A stretch of 64,000 nucleotides of DNA, taken from positions 30,777 through 94,776 of the forward strand of contig MFRS01000003.1 of the NCBI GenBank assembly GCA_001784635.1, read 5' to 3'. A program made the position numbers and the translations under genes. The first letter of the stretch is position 1. Every line of letters begins with the position of its first letter. The stretch comes from Candidatus Micrarchaeota archaeon RBG_16_49_10. GTDB lineage: Archaea; Aenigmatarchaeota; Aenigmatarchaeia; CG10238-14. The notes under the pieces are model-generated. The model was not told where the DNA came from and did no database searches. It worked only from the letters and a program-made list of their open reading frames with translations. This document shows, piece after piece, positions 39,796-48,195 of the stretch.

Positions 39796-40350
39796 TTGAT
39801 AGGTATGCTACTTTGGGTGCTGGTGGTTCTGGGTCTGGTAGCCTTCGTCTTTATCTACTACATAAACAGGATACTGATACTCTCGAACAGGATAGAGAAC
39901 TCCAGGTCGCAGATAGACGTCCAGCTCAAGAAAAGGGCTGACCTTGTGCCAAACCTCGTGGAGACGGTAAAGGGGTACATGAAGCATGAGAAGGGTGTGA
40001 TGGAGAAGGTCACAAAGGCCAGGGAGAACATGCTAAAGGCCAAGACCACAGAGGAGATGGACAAGGCCGACAAGTCACTTGCCGGGGCTTTGAAGACGGT
40101 CTTCGCCATAGCCGAGAACTACCCCAACCTGAAGGCGAACGAGAATTTCATGATGCTCCAGGAAGAGCTTTCTGGGATAGAGAACAAGATAGCTTATGCC
40201 AGGCAGAGCTATAACGACTCGATACTGTTGCTGAACACGCTAGTCTCTACTTTCCCCGGAGTGGTTTTCGCAGCTTTGTTGGGCAAGAGGAAGAGCAAGT
40301 ACTTGGAGATAGAGGAGAAGGAGAAGAAGCCTGTAAAAGTCGAGTTCTAA
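39796..40350 (+). CDS. lemA: LemA-family membrane protein
   Basis: N-terminal TM helix followed by the LemA helical domain (...IAENYPNLKANENFMMLQEELSGIENKIAYARQSYN...). Confidence 0.85.
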   Translation: MIGMLLWVLVVLGLVAFVFIYYINRILILSNRIENSRSQIDVQLKKRADLVPNLVETVKGYMKHEKGVMEKVTKARENMLKAKTTEEMDKADKSLAGALKTVFAIAENYPNLKANENFMMLQEELSGIENKIAYARQSYNDSILLLNTLVSTFPGVVFAALLGKRKSKYLEIEEKEKKPVKVEF

Positions 40351-40351
40351 G

Positions 40352-41254
40352 TTGAAAGGAATGAGAAAGGCCAACATCCAAGACGAAATAGCCGTTAATA
40401 AGTTGAAGTCGGCTGTTTTGATAGTCTTCGTGGTACTGTTTTTGCTGTTCATAGGCTGGGTTCTCGGGGAGGTGTACGACCCTACGATGGCCTATTTCTT
40501 TTTGGCCTTGGCGGGTATTTTCTCATTTTTCTTCGTGTTCTACTCCTACTACAACAGTGACAAGATTGTCTTGAGGAGTGTTAAGGCGAGGCCTGCCAAC
40601 AAAAAGGAGCATGCCTACCTCATGAACGTTGTCGAGGGTCTTGCGATAGCCGCGAAGATACCGGTCCCGCGGATTTATGTAATGGAGACGGATGCGATAA
40701 ACGCCTTTGCGACAGGGAGGAACCCAGAGAACAGCGTGATATGCGTCACGACGGGCATGATGAAAAAGCTAAACAGGAGTGAGATAGAGGGGGTAATAGC
40801 CCATGAAATGTCACACATCCAGAACTACGACATAAGGTTCGCTACCCTGGTTGCGGTTTTGGTGGGCATTGTTGTCATCCTGAGCGATATGTTCAGGAGG
40901 AATTTGTGGTTTTCCAGGGGGTCGAGGGAGGAGAAGGAAAGCTCGTCCTCTGTGCTGTTAATTGTGGGTATCATCTTCGCTCTGCTGGCTCCGATTTTCG
41001 TTAAAATCGTTCAATTGGCCATATCAAGAAAGAGGGAGTTCCTGGCCGATGCAAGCGGTGCCTACCTCACAAGATACCCTGAAGGGTTAGCATCGGCTCT
41101 TGAAAAGATTGCGAAGGAGGAGGGAATTATCAAAGTCAATGGGGCTGTGGCTCCTTTGTTCATCTCTAACCCTCTAAAAGCCAGGCAGATCTCTAACCTC
41201 TTCTCAACACACCCACCTATAGAGGAGAGGATAAAGGTATTAAGGGGTATGTAG
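40352..41254 (+). CDS. htpX: HtpX-family M48 zinc metalloprotease
   Basis: HEMSHIQNYD (HExxH), four TM segments, and the conserved LemA-HtpX gene pair. Confidence 0.85.
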   Translation: MKGMRKANIQDEIAVNKLKSAVLIVFVVLFLLFIGWVLGEVYDPTMAYFFLALAGIFSFFFVFYSYYNSDKIVLRSVKARPANKKEHAYLMNVVEGLAIAAKIPVPRIYVMETDAINAFATGRNPENSVICVTTGMMKKLNRSEIEGVIAHEMSHIQNYDIRFATLVAVLVGIVVILSDMFRRNLWFSRGSREEKESSSSVLLIVGIIFALLAPIFVKIVQLAISRKREFLADASGAYLTRYPEGLASALEKIAKEEGIIKVNGAVAPLFISNPLKARQISNLFSTHPPIEERIKVLRGM

Positions 41255-41298
41255 CATAAACATCTTTTTTTAATCTTTGAATCAGAATAGTATTCTTT

Positions 41299-41643
41299 AT
41301 GTCCCTGGACAAGATTTCCGAATACCAGAAGGCTTTCGACGAAAGACACTTCAAAAATTGGAATGAAAGCGCGGACAAACTTGAATTTTTGCAGAGTATG
41401 GTGGTCGCTCTGGTGGGAGAGATAGGGGAATTCGCGAATGTTGTGAAGAAGGCTGTTAGGGAAAAGAAAACGCTCGGTAATGAAGTTAGCGGTGAGGTGT
41501 TGGGGAAGTTGCGGGAGGAGTTGACTGACTGCTTCATTTACATAGTGATTTTGGCCAACCGTCTGGGGATGGACTTGGAAAAGGAGTACTACAGGAAAAT
41601 GAAGGTCAATGAAAAGAGGTTCGAAAAGTATAGGGTGGGTTGA
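41299..41643 (+). CDS. MazG-like nucleotide pyrophosphohydrolase domain protein
   Basis: EExxE-type motif ALVGEIGEFANVV. 114 aa. Confidence 0.6.
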   Translation: MSLDKISEYQKAFDERHFKNWNESADKLEFLQSMVVALVGEIGEFANVVKKAVREKKTLGNEVSGEVLGKLREELTDCFIYIVILANRLGMDLEKEYYRKMKVNEKRFEKYRVG

Positions 41644-42377
41644 TGAAAAGGTTGCTGTTAAACAAGAGGGGTTCCTATCTCGTCAATTTTTTTGAGGGTG
41701 TTTTAAGGATTGCAGATGGGGAAATACCCCTTAAAGAGCTTGAGAAGAAGAATCCTGGTGAAAAAATCAAGACGCACAAAGGTGTTGAGTTCACGGTGGT
41801 AGAGCCAAGCTCCATCGACCTTATGGGGAAGATGAAAAGGGCGGCTCAAATCATAACGTCCAAGGATGCGTCCTTAATCTTGGGTCAGACTGGGATAGCG
41901 TCTGACAGCCTCATAATAGACGTCGGCTCGGGGTCCGGTTTTCTGGCGATATTCCTTGCTAAGTACTGTGATAAGGGGAAGGTAATAACTTACGAAAGGA
42001 GCTCGGACTTCGTGGATATTGTCAAGAAAAATGTGGATTTCATGGGCCTAAAAAACGTTGTGGTTAAAGAGAGGGACGTCCTGAAGAAGTTTTTTGATGA
42101 GAAGGCTGCTGATTTAGTAACGCTAGACATGATGGGTGCCGAAAAAATCGTCAAAAAATGCCACAAAATCTTGAAGCCGGGGGGCTGGCTGGTAATCTAT
42201 TCCCCTCATATAGAGCAGGTTGGGAAAGTGAGTGTTGAGATTGAAAACAATGACTTCACGCAAGTCAGGACAATCGAGTGCATAATAAGGGAATGGAAGT
42301 CGGATCATGGGTATACAAGACCGAAAACCAAGGGTTTGATGCATACAGGCTGGCTTACTTTTGCACGAAAAATTTAA
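41640..42377 (+). CDS. trmI: tRNA (adenine57/58-N1)-methyltransferase TrmI (Gcd14 family)
   Basis: SAM motif IIDVGSGSGFLAIFLA with the Gcd14/TrmI N-terminal domain. Confidence 0.8.
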   Translation: MMKRLLLNKRGSYLVNFFEGVLRIADGEIPLKELEKKNPGEKIKTHKGVEFTVVEPSSIDLMGKMKRAAQIITSKDASLILGQTGIASDSLIIDVGSGSGFLAIFLAKYCDKGKVITYERSSDFVDIVKKNVDFMGLKNVVVKERDVLKKFFDEKAADLVTLDMMGAEKIVKKCHKILKPGGWLVIYSPHIEQVGKVSVEIENNDFTQVRTIECIIREWKSDHGYTRPKTKGLMHTGWLTFARKI

Positions 42378-42512
42378 AAGAAGGGAAAACTAATCTTCTA
42401 TAAGGTGTATTTGATGGCAAAAATGTTTGAAGGGAAAAAGAAATGGATGGTTCTTATAACCATTGTGCTTTTGTTGGTTGCGATTTTTTTGTTCTTTTTT
42501 TAAAGCGATGAG

Positions 42513-42587
42513 TGGGGAAACCGGGATTTGAACCCGGGTCATAGGCTCCCGAAGCCTAGATCCTAAACCAAGCTAGACTATTTCCCC
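42513..42587 (-). tRNA. tRNA-Pro(CGG), with no intron
   Basis: Acceptor GGGGAAA/TTTCCCC. D-arm GTCT-AGCTTGGTTTA-GGAT. Anticodon stem TAGGC/GCCTA with loop UUCGGGA. T-arm CCGGG-TTCAAAT-CCCGG. Discriminator A. 75 nt. Confidence 0.8.
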
Positions 42588-44756
42588 TGAAAAATCCAAC
42601 GAGGCCTGCCTTTCCTTGTCATCGTCGGCCAGGCTCTCCCCTATCTGCTTTTTGACCGACAATGCTATCTTATCGCCCAAAATCGCACTCAACCTCCTAA
42701 TAGATATTTCTCTTAGGTCTTGAATTGTTTTTATGTTGTTGTTGAAAAGCTTCCTGGCCCTAACACGGCCTATCTGCTCAAGCCGTACCAAAGGTATGAG
42801 CTCCTCCCTGACCCCATACCTCATTCTTACCCTAAGTTTCCTTACATCCGACAGCTCCTCCTTCAACCCAAGCAAAAACCCGAGCTCGTTGACAGCATAA
42901 AGCATCCAGTCAGCATTCTTGAGCTTAGTCCTCAGGTCGCCTGGCATTACTTTATAAGAGGAGAGCATCTTGTCCTCGGTTGTTTCATTTGCCCAAGACT
43001 CCAATATTATTGCCGTTTTAACGCTCTTGAGGAACTCTTCGAAGTCGATGTCCCACTCGGCAGGAATGTCTGTCAAGAAGGGATTCTCATTAATTTTTTG
43101 AAGCACATCCTCCTCGTCTTTCTTGTACATAGGGAATAGCGGTTTCATCTCAAGTGTGCTGGAAATCAAATGGAGGTGTGTGAAAGGTTTGTTTTTATGC
43201 TTTGACTTCTGAAGGGCTTTGATTATCTGGTTAGCCGAAAGGGGATCCAAGTAAAGTTCAGAAACTCTTTTTCCTATCTTAGTCGGAATTATCTTTTCGT
43301 TGAGTCTGACGACGAAGGCGAAGTCAACAAGCATCGTAATGATGCCTTTGATTTTTGACTCCAAACTACCAGTATCCCCATATTGGTGGGCATAGAATGT
43401 CTTGGAAAAGAAGTTGAAAAGTGAGTCTTCGGTAGACAGCCCGGAAGCGATTAGCGCGAGGACATGCATCCTAAGGACTGGCTCTAAAGCGAGCTTGGAG
43501 TATATCTCTTCTGGCTCGCCCAGTATGTATTTTTCTGTCAGCTCCTGCGCCTCCAAGTCGTTTTTTGCGATCAAAATGGACTCGCCCTCCTGGTCGTAAG
43601 TCGGCCTGCCGGCCCTGCCAAACATCTGCTTGACCTCTAAGGTCGGTATATAGCGGGAGCCGTACCCTGAATAGTATCTTTTAACGTCTCTCACAATTAT
43701 CCTCCATGCTGGGAGATTCACACCCATAGCCAATGTGGGGGTTGCACAGATGGACTTAAGAACGCCTTTTTTGAAGTATTCCTCGATTAAGGTTTTTTGT
43801 TTCGGGAGAAGGCCAGCGTGATGGAAAGCCACCCCGCCTTTTATACACTCTGAAAGTCTTCTGCATTGCCTAGTAGGGGTTTCAAGCATGGACTCGATTT
43901 GGGTAGAAAGGCTTTCCAGTTCCTTGTCAGCTTTAGGTTTATTGAAAAGTGAGAGTTTTTCGGCCAGTGCCTCTGCGTTCCTTCTGGAGGAAACAAAAAA
44001 AATGGCCTGTTTGTTGAAGGAGAGGGTGTTTTCGAATATGTTGATCTCAGCGGTTAAGTTGTCTTTCAGTTTATAGTTTCTCCCGCCGAAAAATTGAATT
44101 TCCGAATTTAGATAAACGCCTTCGTATAATTTCACGGGCCTGAAATTTGAAACCACTAGATTGGCCCCCAGCCAACTAGAAAGCTCTCTTGAATTCTTTA
44201 TTGTGGCCGATAAACCAATTATTTGTGCTTTGGGGGCAATTTCACGCAACCTCGTCAAAGTTATCTCTAACGTTGGGCCGCGTGAAGTATCATTGAGCAT
44301 ATGGATTTCATCGACAATTATCAAGCCTGCGTCAGAAAGCCAGTTAGAACTGTGCCTAATAAGGGAATCACACTTTTCGGTTGTTAAAATAAGGAAATCG
44401 AAGTCAGAAAGCCATCTGCTGGACGAATCTAAATCTCCGGTGCTTAACGCAACCTTGATTTTTGTGCCTGAGAAAAGTTTTTTGAAATATTGATACTTCT
44501 CGCCTGCCAGAGCCACCAACGGGACCAAGTATATTACTTTTGATTTTCTTTCATGTAGTTGTTTTATCGCTGCTATGGCTGCTGTTAAAGTCTTTCCACT
44601 AGCGGTGGGAGCGGAGATTATCTGATTTTTGAAGTCTAATAAACCTTTTTTGAGGGCCATAACCTGCGGCTCATATAGTTTTTTTACCCCGTCTTCTGAG
44701 AACCTCTTGACGAAAATTTCGGGTATTCCGAAAGTGGATAAATTCTCTATATTCAT
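42573..44756 (-). CDS. hel308: Hel308/Ski2-like DNA helicase
   Basis: Walker A APTASGKT, DEIH box, a winged-helix/ratchet domain and a C-terminal HhH domain. The last 5 codons overlap the 5' end of tRNA-Pro. Confidence 0.85.
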   Translation of the reverse strand: MNIENLSTFGIPEIFVKRFSEDGVKKLYEPQVMALKKGLLDFKNQIISAPTASGKTLTAAIAAIKQLHERKSKVIYLVPLVALAGEKYQYFKKLFSGTKIKVALSTGDLDSSSRWLSDFDFLILTTEKCDSLIRHSSNWLSDAGLIIVDEIHMLNDTSRGPTLEITLTRLREIAPKAQIIGLSATIKNSRELSSWLGANLVVSNFRPVKLYEGVYLNSEIQFFGGRNYKLKDNLTAEINIFENTLSFNKQAIFFVSSRRNAEALAEKLSLFNKPKADKELESLSTQIESMLETPTRQCRRLSECIKGGVAFHHAGLLPKQKTLIEEYFKKGVLKSICATPTLAMGVNLPAWRIIVRDVKRYYSGYGSRYIPTLEVKQMFGRAGRPTYDQEGESILIAKNDLEAQELTEKYILGEPEEIYSKLALEPVLRMHVLALIASGLSTEDSLFNFFSKTFYAHQYGDTGSLESKIKGIITMLVDFAFVVRLNEKIIPTKIGKRVSELYLDPLSANQIIKALQKSKHKNKPFTHLHLISSTLEMKPLFPMYKKDEEDVLQKINENPFLTDIPAEWDIDFEEFLKSVKTAIILESWANETTEDKMLSSYKVMPGDLRTKLKNADWMLYAVNELGFLLGLKEELSDVRKLRVRMRYGVREELIPLVRLEQIGRVRARKLFNNNIKTIQDLREISIRRLSAILGDKIALSVKKQIGESLADDDKERQASLDFSGEIV

Positions 44757-44795
44757 GCCAAATCTTGGTGTTTCAAAGTTATTTCTCTTTCTAAT

Positions 44796-45335
44796 TTAAA
44801 TCACAAACTCAAGAAGGAGGTTTTCGTTATCAAATTCTTTCCTTACAAGTTTGTAGTTTGAAGGAGTTTTGAGGATTTTAAAATAACCCAAATTTCCCCT
44901 TCTGGCCCTGACTTCAATAGAGTTCTGCATCCTGATAAGTTCTATGTCCTCTTCTTTTTTGATACCAGGAAGCTTAACTTCGAAGAGTATGTTGTCCTTT
45001 TTCCTTTTGACAACCATTTCAGGCTCCGAAATGTTTTTAGGTAGTTTAATCTGGGTTTTGTCAGCTTTATAAAAGGTTGGCTCGTCCGAAGTAATGGGTT
45101 GGTCTCTATCTTCGAAGCCGTGGGTGATGTTAATCACGAAAGAATTGTCCGAATCTGGTACTATAGAGATATCATAACCTGTTATGTCTAACATTTTTTT
45201 GAAGTAGTCCATTTGCCTGTTTATTATCTCGTTAAGGTTCAAGGCGCCTCTAAGCTTATTTCCGCATTTTGGGCAGAAATTCCACTGCTTATCAATCTTG
45301 GAATTGCAGTAATTGCAAAGTAGCATTAAAATCAC
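44796..45335 (-). CDS. Zinc-ribbon protein with a C-terminal Hsp20/alpha-crystallin-like domain
   Basis: CNYC...CPKC zinc ribbon. C-terminal ILFEVKLPGIKKEEDIELIRMQNSIEVRARR resembles an ACD beta-sandwich. Confidence 0.4.
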   Translation of the reverse strand: MILMLLCNYCNSKIDKQWNFCPKCGNKLRGALNLNEIINRQMDYFKKMLDITGYDISIVPDSDNSFVINITHGFEDRDQPITSDEPTFYKADKTQIKLPKNISEPEMVVKRKKDNILFEVKLPGIKKEEDIELIRMQNSIEVRARRGNLGYFKILKTPSNYKLVRKEFDNENLLLEFVI

Positions 45336-45382
45336 TCTGATTAAATGTTTTTAGTAATTTAAATATTTTAAATTTTAAATTT

Positions 45383-45400
45383 TTGTTACAGGTGTAACAA
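45383..45400. promoter_or_regulatory. Perfect inverted repeat TTGTTACA-GG-TGTAACAA between an AT-rich TATA-like stretch and the start codon of the wHTH gene. It is a candidate operator
   Basis: 8-bp arms with a 2-bp spacer, 20 bp upstream of ATG 45420. The TATA-like TTTAAAT run lies at 45361-45382. Confidence 0.4.
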
Positions 45401-45419
45401 GTTAACAAGTGAGAGTTCA

Positions 45420-45746
45420 ATGGCACGGAAAAAACCAGAAAATAGGCAAGAAACGTACAATATAATGGTCCTTAATCTGCTTAGGGAGCTTTCTAAAACC
45501 CCAAAAAACAGATTATCAGCCAGGGAAATCTCTAGAGTGCTTGAAATCAACCCTATGGCTGTTTCAAGGGCATTAAAGCAATTAAAATACGTTTTAGACG
45601 TAAAGGAAGGTAGTGATTTCGAATCTTTCAGGTTAAAAGTCTATTTAATCAGGCTTAAGGATCAATTTAAAGACTTGGGCATCGAAGATCTCGTTAAAAG
45701 GGCCGAAATGGCTAAAAAACTGGATAAAGAGATATTTAGGAGGTAA
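45420..45746 (+). CDS. Small winged-helix DNA-binding protein (putative transcriptional regulator)
   Basis: wHTH-like segment RLSAREISRVLEINPMAVSRALKQLKYV. An 18-bp perfect palindrome lies just upstream. Confidence 0.4.
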   Translation: MARKKPENRQETYNIMVLNLLRELSKTPKNRLSAREISRVLEINPMAVSRALKQLKYVLDVKEGSDFESFRLKVYLIRLKDQFKDLGIEDLVKRAEMAKKLDKEIFRR

Positions 45747-45797
45747 GTTAAATACCCCAAAACAGCCTAGCAAACTCTAGTGCCTAAAGAAAAACCT

Positions 45798-46058
45798 TTA
45801 GAGCAGTTCATTTTCGCTGACTATTACAAAATCCCCTATTGATTTGACAGAGCTGAAAGGTATTAAGGTCCTCCCTCTCTCGTCAATTTTCAGGTTTAAA
45901 TCCTTTAGAGATTTCGAACTGCTGTCAACGACTAGGTTAAGTAGCTCGCCACTTTCAGTTATAAAATCTATGTTAGAGACTACACCGAATTTTTTCCCTG
46001 ATTCTTCGCTAACTATAATTTTACCAAGAACATCTTTTGCTCGTGTTTTGGATTCCAC
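45798..46058 (-). CDS. PRC-barrel domain protein
   Basis: GKIIVSEESGKKFGVVSNIDFITESGELLNLVV shows the PRC-barrel pattern. Confidence 0.5.
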   Translation of the reverse strand: MESKTRAKDVLGKIIVSEESGKKFGVVSNIDFITESGELLNLVVDSSSKSLKDLNLKIDERGRTLIPFSSVKSIGDFVIVSENELL

Positions 46059-46119
46059 AATTTCACCCCTGAGATAATTTTAGTAAACAAACTACTTTAT
46101 CTTTTCCCTTTTTAATTTA

Positions 46120-47211
46120 TTAAGCTTCCGCTAATAAGCTTTTTGCTTTCCCGCTAGGCAAATAAACGAAGTTTTTACCTTCTCTTTTCCTGCCTATTAA
46201 ACCCTCGTCCATCAACCTTTTCAATATATTATTCACCGATCTGACTGCGTTGCTCTTGTTTTTATAGTCTTCTTGGCCCAATAACTCAACTATTTGGGTC
46301 GGATTTAAATTAGGGTTTTTATCTAGAATCCTCAATATGTTCATCTGCTTCAAAGGTATGTTTAATGAAGAAATGTTTTTTATTGTCTTTTGTGATGGAA
46401 TACTCGAAAAAACGGTATCCAAAAGCCCTTTGTTTATGCTATTCAGGTTCCTTTTGGCGGTTTCAGCTATCAAAAAATCGCATTTTTTAATTATTTCCCT
46501 TGGGAAGCCACCTGTTATCTCGAATATTCTATAAACGGCTTCGGAATTAAATGGGCTTATTCCTTTACCCCCAACGCTTTCAATTCTCTTCATTATGAGA
46601 GACTCTGTTTCGCTAGCATCCAAAGATTGTAAATATATTTCGGTTGTGATCCTCATCGACAGCGTGGGTAATTCGATTTCCAGTTTTTCTTTAAAAATAG
46701 GGAGCCCAGCAAAAATTATTGACATATTTGGAACTACATCAGTCAAAGTTCTCAACCACTCCAAAACTTCAACTGAACACTCGTGAGCTTCGTCTACTAA
46801 AAAAACTGCCCTAATTGATCTAGTTTTTTTTGCAATAAATTTCGGTAGATTATTAATATCGATAGAATTCATCTGTAATTTATCTAAAAAATTAAAACCT
46901 AAAAGAGATTTGAAAACTAAAATAAGATTTTCTTTTTCTTTTGGAGGTTTTGGGATATAGAAAGACCTAAAACTTTTTTCTTGATTAAATTTGTTGTTCA
47001 GCCAATTCAAAAGGGTTGTTTTACCAGAACCGGTATGCCCAATAACAACAGCTATTTTATGTTCATTAAAGACATGTGAAAGTAGAGACTCTGTTTGTGA
47101 AGAATAACCGACCATCATTTCAGGCATTATATTCAACGTGAATGGGTTAGAAGACCAACCAAAGTGCTTAAAATAAGCCATTTTTGTATCCATTTCTTCA
47201 CCCAATTTCAT
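46120..47211 (-). CDS. AAA+ ATPase (AAA_22/ExeA-like or archaeal-ATPase family) with a C-terminal winged-helix domain
   Basis: N-terminal FGWSSNPF motif followed by Walker A GHTGSGKTT. Walker B LVDEAH. The C-terminal wHTH is ILDKNPNLNPTQIVELLGQ... Confidence 0.55.
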   Translation of the reverse strand: MKLGEEMDTKMAYFKHFGWSSNPFTLNIMPEMMVGYSSQTESLLSHVFNEHKIAVVIGHTGSGKTTLLNWLNNKFNQEKSFRSFYIPKPPKEKENLILVFKSLLGFNFLDKLQMNSIDINNLPKFIAKKTRSIRAVFLVDEAHECSVEVLEWLRTLTDVVPNMSIIFAGLPIFKEKLEIELPTLSMRITTEIYLQSLDASETESLIMKRIESVGGKGISPFNSEAVYRIFEITGGFPREIIKKCDFLIAETAKRNLNSINKGLLDTVFSSIPSQKTIKNISSLNIPLKQMNILRILDKNPNLNPTQIVELLGQEDYKNKSNAVRSVNNILKRLMDEGLIGRKREGKNFVYLPSGKAKSLLAEA

Positions 47212-47303
47212 TTTTATTTCACGACAAATAAATAGTTAACGTGAATTTTTGATTAAACCACGTGATTATATAACTTTTAAAGTTTTAAAAGTAATGTGGT
47301 TGT

Positions 47304-47843
47304 ATGGTCAGATTATTTATCTGCGTGAAAATACCAGAGAACGTGAAAAAAAAGCTGGTGGTTGCTCAAAAAGATTTGAAAAATGACAAAATAAATGCTA
47401 AGTTCGTCGAAGAGGAGAACCTACACCTTACCTTAATTTTCATTGGAGAAACAAAAGAAGAAAAAATAAATGAGACCAAAAATTACATGACTGAATCTGC
47501 TAAAAAAACTAAGAGTTTTCACGTGAATCTAACAGGAATTAAGTTATTCCCGAGTGATTATAATATAAGAGTTATAGGTGTTAAAGTCTTAAGTGAAAAT
47601 TTAAATTTTGTTATATCTGAATTTAATAAAGATATCAAAGGGCTTTCGCATGAAACAAACAAAATTACCCTGTGTAGATTGAGAAAAAACCTTAAAAAGG
47701 ACTCTTTAAAGGATTTTATTGAAAAATATAGTCTATTCAATTTTGGAAAAATTCACGTGAATAAAATACATCTCGTGAAAAGCACGTTAACAAGAGATGG
47801 GCCCATATATGAAGATGTCCATGAAGTGAAACTTAATGAATGA
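47304..47843 (+). CDS. ligT: 2H-phosphoesterase (LigT/ThpR-like RNA 2',3'-cyclic phosphodiesterase / 2'-5' RNA ligase)
   Basis: First H-x-T-x motif HLTLIF. The second motif region SHETNKITLCRL is degenerate. At 179 aa the size is typical. Confidence 0.6.
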   Translation: MVRLFICVKIPENVKKKLVVAQKDLKNDKINAKFVEEENLHLTLIFIGETKEEKINETKNYMTESAKKTKSFHVNLTGIKLFPSDYNIRVIGVKVLSENLNFVISEFNKDIKGLSHETNKITLCRLRKNLKKDSLKDFIEKYSLFNFGKIHVNKIHLVKSTLTRDGPIYEDVHEVKLNE

Positions 47844-48195
47844 AAAAACGCTTGTAATTTTGTGTTTAGTAGTTTCGTTTATAGGTTTATTAGTTATGTT
47901 TATCTCCAACAAAATTTTTGAGCCAAAAGTAATCAAAATATCGCAAATAGAAAAGGATATGAATAGTGTTTTAATTGAGGGTGTTATAACACAAAAAGAA
48001 GTTAGTGAGTCAGGCACAATTTTTTTAAAAATAGAAGATGAGTCAGGCTCTATTGAAGCTGTTATTTTCAAAAACAGTATAAAAAATATAGAAAACTTTA
48101 AGGAAGGTGATAAAATAAAAATTCAAGGGAAGCCGGAAATATATAAAGACTCCCTTGAAATAATTGTATACAAAATGGTTAAAAATCCTCTTTAG
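47836..48195 (+). CDS. Membrane-anchored OB-fold (nucleic-acid-binding-like) protein
   Basis: N-terminal TM helix LVILCLVVSFIGLLVMFI followed by an OB-fold pattern (VLIEGVITQKEVSESGTIFLKIEDESGSIEAVIF). Overlaps ligT by 8 nt. Confidence 0.45.
   Translation: MNEKTLVILCLVVSFIGLLVMFISNKIFEPKVIKISQIEKDMNSVLIEGVITQKEVSESGTIFLKIEDESGSIEAVIFKNSIKNIENFKEGDKIKIQGKPEIYKDSLEIIVYKMVKNPL

Noticed and set aside
47304-47843. Repeated CACGTGAAT motifs inside ligT and in the upstream spacer, as possible regulatory sites
   Set aside because: Inside the gene they coincide with repeated His-Val-Asn codons (SFHVNL, KIHVNK). The spacer copy is a single CGTGAAT and is not palindromic. The evidence for a motif family is insufficient.
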